Part shown: piece by piece, positions 50,546 through 61,286 of the stretch | How positions within the stretch are numbered: position 1 is the stretch's first letter | Layout of the letters: the number at the start of each line of letters is the position of its first letter | Origin: Lepidodermella squamata | Lineage: Eukaryota; Animalia; Gastrotricha | Reading direction: 5' to 3' | Length of the DNA stretch: 64,000 nucleotides | Assembly: GCA_047495785.1 (NCBI GenBank) | Contig: JBLDXI010000063.1 | Coordinates: 1-64,000, forward strand | Program-made: the position numbers and the translations under genes | Notes under the pieces: model-generated | What the model saw: only the letters and a program-made list of their open reading frames with translations | The model's database searches: none | Told to the model about the DNA's origin: nothing

Positions 50546-51299
50546 ACTGGATTCATCGGTGCGAAGAAGCTGTTGCTGAAACCTGCTCGCGGTCGTCGCG
50601 TCAGCAGCACCGCGTTCCTTTTCTGGCTCACCCACTCGAAGCCTACGCATGCCTAACTGCCAAACTGCAAGCCTATGTCAGCGCCTACATCAAGCCGGAA
50701 GCTTACACGATCGTCGTCGCTGTAGGGGATGAAGTCGACTTTTCTGTTGTTAAAACGTACGCCACCTCTTCTGCTTTCGCCTTCGCCGTCGACAACATCA
50801 TCGATCTGGTAGGCAAGTGCACTGAATTCTACTTCGACTACTGCACCAAGCCCAGGTATGATAATTTAAACTGATGACTATTCGTACCAATTAAATTTGC
50901 AATTGCTAAGTTCGATCAACTCAACTACGTCGGATAACGTCCGCTTTCGATGCGGTTCAATAGCCACCAAGCGATTTCTAGCTTGCCGTCGTCAGTGCAA
51001 CAACGCAACTGAGTTCACATTCCTAAGCCGTGGCCCCATCTATGCAGAAAAATGCGCCATTGCGGTACACCTTTTCGGATTTCTATACAAAAATCATGCT
51101 GCTCATAAGCGTTTTCAGACTGCCATGAAGTGCTATTCGGCTAGCAGAGGCATCCGATGTAATGGCAGGTGCCCTGCTAATGTTGAGACGGAAGTAAGCT
51201 TATAATAACAATGCTGATTGAAATCTTTTACGGCCTCTGAACTACCAGGTCAATCGGTTCAACGTACAACAAGTACTACCCGTTCCGGAAAAACATTGA
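50546..51299 (+). CDS. Possible spliced Cys-containing gene fragment of unknown function
   Basis: open exon-like blocks ~50546-50855 and ~50911-51193 bounded by AG/GTATG and GTAAG; start not identified. Confidence 0.3.
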
Positions 51300-51302
51300 C
51301 CT

Positions 51303-52846
51303 CGCTAGCGTTTCGGTATAACTCTCCATCTGGCGGTAATTATTTTACCGCAGCACGCAAACAAGGTCACCTCAATGCTTGTGCGGTAAAACGAACGCCG
51401 CCGCGTTTGTACATTTTTACCGCACGCGGCGTTAGTTTTACCGTAGAACGTAGAAGCAATTGCGGCAGTTACTATTTAACGTAAGCTTTTGTCTTTCCGC
51501 TTACTGTACGGCTGACACAGCGAGCGCAAGAAGCATGCTGCATGTGAGCCGTGGAGGAATCCCGCTCGCGCACCATGGTAACGCGTCAATTTATACCACT
51601 GTTGCTCATATCCCGATTGTTTTCGGACGCTGTATATGGGCAGTTTCTGACATATACCTGTGTTCACTGGCAAATACCTGTGGACCACTCGTATCTGATC
51701 CCAGCCATTTAGCTAGGATATGCCATATACCCAGAACCGGGACTTGGAAAATTATTCCAAGTTTTTTTGTTTTTGTGACGTGAGCGGGCGTCGAACCCGA
51801 TGCTCGCTGTCTTTTAGCACAAGGCTAAACAACTAGACAACGACGACACGTACAAATGTTTATCCTAAAAGGGGCTTATAAGCTTAACAACGTTTTTAAA
51901 GCGAAAAATAAAAAAGCTCGCACCAGGCAGGCATCGAACCAATGATTCCCTGTCAACTAAGCAGCATTCTAACCACTAGACTACAAGGGCTGGATAAATC
52001 AAGATGCTCAATATTGGTATTTTAGTGCATTAAGAAAAGCTATAGATAACAGTTTTGTGGTCACCAGTGGCTCATGGAGGATAGTCATGCTTTCAAACAT
52101 TAGCTTAATACGTTCGATTCCTGGTGGCGCGTAGTTTTTTTTATTAATGATTTGGTCCTAATTTTTTCATCAAGTCAGGTTGAAATCATTATTGTTTATA
52201 GAAAAAATTATAGGTAGGTAATAATACCAATTACCTGCGCGAAAACAATCAGGACATGAGCAACAACGTGGAATAAATACACAAACCGCCTGTTCACACG
52301 TGTTATGCGAGTTGACGAGCAAAAAACTCGGAAGCCAGCTGCCACATAAACTTGACTCTCTCGTCTTCGCCTCGCGAGTCACGTTTCAGTGTTGCTAAGC
52401 CCTCGACTCACTCGGCTACGCCTCGTGAGTCTCGAGCTTTGCAACACATGTGGCAGCTGCGCTGCCTCGTATATGCTCGTAAACTCGCATATCCACTATG
52501 ACCACGCGGTTTGTCTATCATTATAACACCGTAAATCAACTGGCAATTCTTCTGTTATAGTCATGCTCTACAGCGGTTGCGTAACACGCTCTATTGTAAG
52601 AACGCGAGCCAAGACGCTAGCGGATGCGCGCGCACCATCAGATCTGCGCGCAGTGCCGACTCCATTATCCTTTCTCTCCATAACATGAGCTGAACTTACC
52701 GCAGAAAAAGTAATTTTACCGCTCAGGAGTATATGTATGCTTCAGAGTCGAGGTAGTGCCGTTTACGGTAAATTTTTTACCGCAACTAGAGAACAATGGC
52801 GAGATGGAGTTACCGTCAAATGGAGAGTTATACCGAAACGCTAACG
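51303..52846. mobile_element. Non-autonomous TIR element (1544 bp), Sola-like
   Basis: ~37-bp TIRs CG[C/T]TAGCGTTTCGGTATAACTCTCCAT..; 4-bp TSD ACCT (51299-51302, 52847-52850). Confidence 0.82.
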
Positions 52847-53080
52847 ACCTGTGCTTGGGACTGAACAAGTGAGCTGATCCGCCGAAACAAGCTTTCGAAC
52901 TACTTTTTTCTGTCTCATTATCCAATAATACTGTTTGATTCATTTTTTTCTGGTTTGCCTGTTTAGTGTTAGATATTCTTTCCTTTGATTTGCTAGCCTC
53001 TGGGTGACATCGCATTGCTCAATAAAACATATTTCTTCGCATCAGCAACGTTTTTCCGACAAGTACTTATATGATTGTTT

Positions 53081-53501
53081 ATGTCGTATTCAAAGTTGAT
53101 AATCGTTTATTCCTGATAATACATTGCCAAAATGCCCCTTGTAATGTGGATTTTCACCCAGATTTTTGGAACCCCGTGATACCCAAAGTTGACCACTAGG
53201 TAGAGTCGGCATCGAGGAATTAAATTTCGCTATGTTAGAAGATGTAACGATCCTTCAAACTTCCAAAATCTCTCTTCGTAAATCTATACTGATAGAGTTT
53301 TTGTTTTTTTCTCAATATCATCCGCGATTTTTTGGCTAAAGAAAAATATGCTTATTTGAAACATCCCCGATGCCGACTCTACCTAGTGGTCAACTTTGGG
53401 TATCACGGGGTTCCAAAAATCTGGGTGAAAATCCACATTACAAGGGGCATTTTGGCAATGTATTATCAGGAATAAATGCATATCAACCTTGAATACGACA
53501 T
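53081..53501. mobile_element. Foldback MITE with ~135-bp TIRs
   Basis: 53081-53214 is a near-perfect reverse complement of 53368-53501. Confidence 0.85.
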
Positions 53502-53700
53502 CTATAAACATTTATAAACAAATAGGCTTTTTGCATTAGTTCACTCGATCCAGCGATCATTTTCAGTCCGCTGGTTTCATGCGCAACACGATGGTTCACG
53601 TTCAAAACAAGTAAAATATACCAAACAACTCTTTATTCCTTGTTCTTGCACAATTCTCTCGTAGTGATGAAATAACAATAAATGAGACAGCGGCGTTTTT

Positions 53701-56700
53701 TCAGCTGTGTCCCGGCGCGCCTGCAGCTGGCGGTCTCAGCACTGCCGCATCGGCCGCGTCCGCCACCGTGTACCGCTGGCACAGCCGCTCGTACTTGCGC
53801 AGATCCTCCGGCTTCACCGACCGGTGGCACCGCGTCAGAGCACGTTCAAAGTGCTCAAATTCGACCGTCACGTCGCCGCAGTCCGCTGCCGCCGTGTCCT
53901 CGGTGTCGCATGTCGCCACCACCTGCTGCAGATCCTGACTCGCCTTGGCGATGCACCCCGTTGCCGCAGCGACGCGACTCAGCAGCGGCGCCGCAGCGAT
54001 GACGGCCGCCTCCCGAACCAGCGCCGACAAGTCCGCCCCGGTGAAGCCGTCCGACGCCTTCGCCGCTCGCTCGAGCACGCCGCCCGCCACTCGCGGCCGC
54101 GTGCCTTGTTTCGTGAGCGCTCGCAGAACGTCCAAGCGGCCGGGCTCGCTCGGCAGTCCGACGTACAGCAGTTTGTCGAAGCGGCCGGGTCGCAACACGG
54201 CCGGGTCGACCATGTCGGGCCGGTTGGAGGCGGCGAGGACGAAGACCTGGCTGCCGCGCGACTGCACGCCGTCGAGCTCGCACAGCATCTGGTTGACGAC
54301 TCGCGACGACGCCTCCGACCCGCCGCCGGACGACGTCGAGGAGGAGCGGACGGGGCACAGCGAGTCGAGTTCGTCGAAGAACACGAGACACGGCGAGGAG
54401 GCTCGCGCGCGGGCAAACACCTGTCATCAAGAATCATCAAATTTGAAGAGAAACTCTAGAAAGGATTATCGAAAGGCAAACCTGTCTGACCGCCCGCTCC
54501 GACTCGCCGACGTACATGTTGAGCAGTTCCGGCCCGTTGACGGCCACGAAGTTGAGCCCCGACTCGTTGGCGACCGCCTTGGCGAGCAGTGTCTTGCCGC
54601 AGCCGGGCGGGCCGAACAGCAGGATGCCAGGAGAGCCTTTCAGGCCGAGGCGGGTGAAAATGTCGGGCCGGTGCAGCGGCGCGACGACGGCCATGAACAG
54701 TTCGTAGCGAACGGCTTCGAGCGCGCCGACGTCGGCCCACGTCACGTCCGGCACGGTCGCGAAGCCTTCGCGCTTCGCAGACGGCTGCACGAACTTGACG
54801 GCGCTGAGGAAGTCGCCGAGTTCAACCTAAATCGAACAAGAGAGCATACAAACAACCCATTAGTTAATTAGCTACTATAAGTTATAAAATAATTTGATCA
54901 TCAAGGTAACGAATCTAATTGTGAAAATGTGGAATAATGCGAGAATCTCGGCATGAAATTACTCCAAACACCGGCGCCTAGACGTTGATTAATTAAACAC
55001 AGGAGTACAGTATTTCAACTCAGGTTGATCACATGGACACCGCCGCGGCAATTCATGTCGTGATGGTCGTCACATTTTTTCTTGCTACTGGTCGATTGAC
55101 TACGGACAATCAAGAGGAAAACAAGCCGCCTTACGCTGTTCAGACTCAGCCTTGCATCAGTCAACAAGTTTGGTCTTCAACTCAACTCAACTCGTCGCCA
55201 TTCGGCCAGATCATGCAGCCCTCATCGTCTCAGCAAACTCAGCAATCCTACCAATATGGCGGAATTTCCGGTTTCAACTATCAACTTTCGTTCTTTTCGT
55301 TTCCTTTTTTCGCGGTATCCGCTTTTTCCGCTGTTAAAACGCTCCATCTGCTGCGCCATTTGTGTTCAGCCCGCCACCTGCGTAAGCTACACCAAGTGCA
55401 ATGATTCGGCCTGAACAAGCAGCGAACGGCGTTCTACTCATTTGAATAGCAAACTGAAGACTGCCACGGCCTGCCACTGGCTGCTGCGAATCGGCTCGGT
55501 CCCTAACTACCCAGTTTCATCACACGAGCCACAAAGAGGTGCTATTTTTAAAATCGCCTTGGCAGTTCTTCCCTCACTACGCTGATTTAGCTTCCCTTAT
55601 AAGCTATTCAATTTTTAATTAAAACAGCAATAATTCTCGAAAACGTAAATTAAAAAAACTCAATTTACGCATTTACCTTCAAATCGCTAGGCAGTTGAAT
55701 TTGCTGAGCTGAAGCCGGCGCGGGCACCATCATCGCGACGCCGTCCTGCTCATTCGCCGAGTCGGCATCCAAATCAATCGGATCATTCTCGTCCTCGTCA
55801 GCCGCAATCGCCCCGCCGCCATCAGCAGCCTCCTCGATCTTGTCGACGTCAATCGGCTGCGGCTGGCTGGCACTGTCGCCGCCGCCATTCTCAACAACAA
55901 TCGAATCGTCAATGACAACCAGACTGTTCTCGGCGTTCGCAATCGCTTTCGCAGGCTTGTTCTTCGTCTTTTCAGATTCAAGGTGTTCTTGCGGCCGTGG
56001 AGCAGCCAGTGCAGCTGCCACTGGCGTAGGATGGGCCACTGTGTACCGTTCCACCGCCGCCCCGGCCGCTGCGTTGACCAGCGCGCGCAGGTCCGAGGCG
56101 ACGTAGCCCGGCGTCACGCGAGCCACCGCCGTCAGGTCGACGTCGGTGGCGAGGGGCACGGCCCGCGTCAGCACTCGCAGCATGTCGGCGCGTTCGGGCT
56201 CGCCCGGCTGGCCGAGGCACAGCTCGCGGTCGAAGCGGCCCGTGCGCCGCAGCCCGGCATCGAGCGAGTCCGGGCGGGACGTCGCGCCGATGAGCAGCAC
56301 CGAGGCAGGCATGCTGTCGATGCACAGCAGCTAGAAGGCACAAATTACAAATCAATCAAATGGAGGCAAAATAGTAGTTTCTTCGAGCTAAGCCACGGCA
56401 AAACACCTGAACCATGTAAGGTTTTAAGCGCGCCGAAATCCAACTTGGGAATTACTTATCAAAGCATTTTAATGTGTGCATCAATCGGTTCAGGGACAGG
56501 GGCTGTTTTCATTAATTTGTTTACCAGAAACGAGAATAGTTTCGAGTCACTGGACTAAGGGCTAAAGGCATTTCCTTAGAAAGCGTAATGCTGACTGAAA
56601 TTGCTGGCGCTTCTGAGCGCAAGAATCCAGGAATTGATGAAAAGAATCTTACCAATTGGCTAACCAACCGCCGCTCCAAATCTCTGGCTACAGATTCTCG

Positions 56701-58334
56701 CCGGCCGGCAACAACGTCTAGTATTTCAAAACAAATTGCTATCATTCGAAAAATAATCTGACTGAAGAAATACCGAGTTCGTCGATGAAGAGTACACAGC
56801 CCGTGTCCTTGTGGCGAGTGGCAGCCGAGCGGAACAGCGCCCGCAGCTGCGCCTCAGACTGGCCCGAAATGCCGGCGACGAGTTCGGGCCCGGCGGTCGC
56901 CAGCAGCGGCAGGCCCAGCTCGCCGGCCAGCGCCTGAGCCAGCGCTGTTTTGCCGCAACCAGGCGGGCCATGCAGCAGCAGGCCTCGAGACGGCTCGGCG
57001 CCTAGCTGCCGCAGCAGGGGCGCATTCCGCAGATGCCGCAGCACGCGGTCAATGTCGTCGCGGATGTGGGACAGGCCGCCGAGGTCGGCGAGGCACGTTT
57101 TCGGGTACGCGGCCGGGCGCACGAGTTCGTTGAAGGCGGGCGGCAGCAGCGAGTCGGTGGGGTCGCCGGGCTCGGGTGACCGACGGCGACGAATTTTCGC
57201 AGGCTTCACGCCACTTTTAGCTAAAACAAATATGGCATGAAAATTCAGGAAAAGAAATTTCGATTCAAATTGTTTGCTTAGATTCAAACACGGAAAATAA
57301 GCAGAGCTCATTTCCAAACAGTCTGAGAATAAATAGAGGTGAAGTAAAGCGATTCTTACAGAATCATCTGTCACTGATCATTTTTCTCGTGATGAAAGCC
57401 CGATGAAATTTGGAGGAATCGAAAAAGAAGACGTAAATAAAGTCATGAGAAAAAATTTAAAATTGCGTTCAGCCTCAAATTTCGTTGACTTGGGCCTTTC
57501 GAAAAACCTAGTTATTGGGGGCTGTTCGACAATTTCGAAACAGTTTTTTTGGAATTAGAAGACGCTTTGAATTAACCGTGTTTGTGATTTGTAGCGCTTG
57601 AATTTTTTGCCAACATTTTCTTGTTTTTTTGTAGTTAAAAGGCTGAATTATTTTCCAAGGGCCTTTTTGAAATTTCTACAGCAAGACCTATTAATTTTTC
57701 TCCTTCAAAATCGAAAATTCTGATCTCTGAAAAATTAAATGATGGAACAAAAATCTTGCGAAATTTATGATTTTTAAACAAAACCTTAACTGACTTCTGG
57801 GATATTGAAAAATATTTTGGCTGATGAAATGCCCCAATAATTTTGGAGCTAATGCGCGTAACTAAGGGTGAAATCATTTCAGAAATGGCGAATAAACACC
57901 TCGAGTAACAACATTTTTTGGTACCAGGATTTTCAAGAAATTATGATTCGCCAAGGCCCAGAAGTATTCCAGAATCCGAATATGCATGTACCTGTTTTTT
58001 GCGGCTGATGCCCGGGAGTTAACGGGGTTGAAGATGCGTTATTCCCAACTACGCCGGACTTATCGAGATTCTCCGGACTAGCGGTGTAATCTATGGCGAA
58101 CCCAGCGCCCGGGCTCTGCTGCTGCTGCTGCTGGAGAGCTTGGTGCTGTTTATGCTGCAACACAGTGTACGCTTCTAAAACACGCGGCCGAAACGCCGAA
58201 GTCGCTCGCCGGCCGTATTCCGGGTACCGCAGCCGCAAATCGGCGACAATAGTCGCCAGGTCGACGTTGGGCCGGCCAGGGTGCGCCTCCCGCAGGTAGT
58301 CGCGCAACCGGCCAATCAGCTGCGGGTCGTTCAT
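53701..58334 (-). CDS. NVL: Nuclear valosin-containing protein-like AAA+ ATPase (multi-exon)
   Basis: N-terminal DPQL..RL..YL...YPEYGRR...F domain; D1 [11 protein letters not shown]; D2 [43 protein letters not shown]; exons ~58334-57992, 57220-56775, 56718-56654, 56330-55677, 54826-54490, 54421-53701. Confidence 0.92.
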
Positions 58335-58808
58335 TCAAACTCAACAACACCTATCACTTTCACCAGGAAAACAAAAAACAACATACATTTTCATCGATTT
58401 TTCCGTCGTTTATTTTTCAAACATTATTTCAGCGCGTCGTTTCAGAAACGCCCATGCGTGCAAAAAGGAACACCATAATAGTATACAACAAACTATCTGA
58501 GATTGGACACGAGTTAATTCTGAACGATGAAAGCTTCCACAATAAATATATTTCATATCTTTGCCGCACAAACTTGTTAGAATAATAGACACGACTAGCG
58601 ACCGCGTAAAAAGCCGGAATCGATTTAGTGACAGAGACAAAAATTGAGACAACACCGCCGAAAAATTATTAGCAGAACGAAACAGTACAACATCGCACTA
58701 TTGCCGACTGGTTTCCAATGGATATTTATAACGAAAGACCATCAACCATCGAAAAAACCACCAGAAACTGTGAGATAGAAAGAACCGCCTCCTTTCGCGG
58801 CCGCTCTT

Positions 58809-60485
58809 TCACGGTCGGTCTGACACCCTACTGCTCGTCGATGTTAGCACAGTAGATAATAGATTTGAACTGGTACTACTAGCAGTTGGAGTCGTCGAAG
58901 TTATAGCCACTGTGCTAGTTTCTATCGCTGAAAAAGTTGACGATGATGCTAGAACGGGCGTCGCGTTGTCGCCGCTCCACCGCTTCGACAGCACGAGGAA
59001 GAACGTGACGGCTATGGTGATGCCGCCGACGACGAACAGGCAGATGAGGAGGGCGCGATTCGAGTGCGCGCGTATCAACATCCGCGTCAGCACGTTCGAC
59101 GACTTGCCCAGCACGTGGTCCGTCTCGCGCAGCCGCTCCCGGGCGCCTAGAATCGTCTCGCGCTGGTGGCCCAAATCGGTCAACGCCTGACTGCCAATTG
59201 TCGTTGTTTCTTCAATCTGGAATAAATATTAACAAAAATCATACTGCAAAACGAAAAAATCTGCCTTATTTCAAGTTAAATGTTGCCCGAAATTTAAGAA
59301 TTTACGGAAATTTACGGCTAAAATTTGAAACACATCAATCTTGTGTTTTTCCTGAAATGTCGATAAAACAGCTGAAGGGTATGGCAATTGAGAGATTCTC
59401 TATTGCCCAAATCTAAAAATCCCAAATCGAACCTAGAAAATTTGATAGAAAAGTAGAAAAATCATTAATTCATGCACTTCATCCAGTACAGCTTCAAAGT
59501 TCAATGAAATGCGAACAATCGAGAATTCCGGAATATATAAACGTACGTGGATTTATCCAATTTAAGCAATATCCTTATGCTACCAAAATGAACTAGAATT
59601 CTCGCAATATTTTATTTAAATTGTTTGCAGGCAAAAAATTGATCAGTTCAAACCGTGGTGCGCGTGGGAAAACTCTACGTCCACTTGGTAGCATAAGGAT
59701 TATTGCTATCAACCCAATCTTTCGAGCCAATAAAATTAGGCTTATTGTTTCTCAACCAAATTTTGGATCAAAGATCAAAGCTGAGGTTGGGAAAGCAATC
59801 CGATTAATCTTTAGCTGAAGGGTATGGCAAGTTCAATAAATTTGAGGCTTCAACACTCAATTTTCTCAAAATACGGTTTTTCTATTTTCAAGTTCTTTGT
59901 AGAATCTCAATTTTATATGTAGCCTAGCGGGTATATTTCTCATGCTCATCATTGAAAAATTGACGCAAATGATAATGAATTGATTCAAACTAATTTACGA
60001 CGTGGTTGGTAAAAATTGAAATGGCGAAAAAAACTGACCATTCTCCTGCCGTACGACAGCTTGTTGTTCTGGTCGTTGATGCGTGAATTGCCGCTGAGCA
60101 GCTTCGACCGCTGGTCCGAGTAGAACCCATCGCCATCGTCCATCATGTTGATGTTAACACTCGAGCCTAAACTCGAGCCACCGCTAGGCGAGAGGGCCGA
60201 CTTCATCTCGCCGTCAAGCCGCTGCAACTCGGTGCGGTACGCCTTCACTCGCGTCTGGTATCGGCCCTTCGCCGCCTGGTCCGGCACCTGCCGCGCCTCG
60301 AGTTCGATCTGCTCCAGAGTCTCATTTGCCTCTTCGAACAACCGCTCCAGGTTCTGCTTCGCCGTCAGATGGCTGACCTGCGGCAGGCCGGGTGGTTGTA
60401 GCTGCTTCAACTTGCCGATTTCCGTCGTAATTTCCGCTGTTATCACAGCGAATTGCTGCTCGTGGTGGTCGACAAGAGAAATCAT
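58809..60485 (-). CDS. VTI1: Vesicle transport v-SNARE VTI1 (exons 60485-60039 and ~59216-58809)
   Basis: Habc EANETLEQIELEAR..Y.TRVKAYR.EL; SNARE motif IEETTTIG....DLGHQRETI..ARERLRETD..LGKSS.VL..M; C-terminal TM. Confidence 0.9.
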
Positions 60486-61286
60486 GGCTAATAACAGATT
60501 CTAAAATAAGAATCAAGTAAAAATAACCATCAGCCATTTCTTTAATGTGATAAGCGATCTCACGAGTTGATTCGTCACTCACAGGAATAATAATTTATAT
60601 CATTTTTTACATTTCGCAGTTGAAAGATAATTTATAACAATATTTTTTCACGTGCAGCAGCTTAGATTTGTATACAGGGATGACAACCTCGAAGACAAAA
60701 AAAACACCGATGTCAATGAATTGCAGCCAGAATCGGAATTGCGGGCTCAAGAAATAACGATTTCAGGAGAAAAATTTTGTAGGGAGGAAAAATTCAAAAA
60801 CGATATCGAATTTTTCTAAATATCGCGAAACTTGTCATTTTTAATGACATTTCAAATAAGTATTTTGATATTATTCAGCTGAGCTCGTATTTTTCCTAAA
60901 ATTTCGCCAATTTATTCTGTAACTTTCCCATCTTTTTCTAGTCGATCGTCAGAATTCACAGCTCTTTTGCTGTCCGTCGAGAGGAAAAAATATGATAAAT
61001 AAGGGGGTGATAATAAGTTTAGTATCAGCCAGGGCCCATCACAAATGAACAAATTAGCAATCCCTCCTTGCGTCGTCGTACATACCTTAAACAATGAACA
61101 ACTTAAACATGCAAAGTGGCATCATTCATTACAATGATAATTATTATTATTATGTCCTCAATTTTTTGTATAAAAAAGTACACACGAATAAGCCATGACA
61201 GCAGCAGCAGCAGCAGTCGAGAGAAAGATCATCCGAAAAATCAGCCGATTAGACAGCCAACAAATGTAGTATTACTTGATCGAAAT

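Noticed and set aside
55033-55404. 123-aa plus-strand ORF in an NVL intron with a hydrophobic N-terminus
   Set aside because: No recognisable domain or supporting gene structure
53633-57240. Long plus-strand and alternative-frame ORFs over NVL
   Set aside because: Antisense shadows of GC-rich exons that lack stop codons
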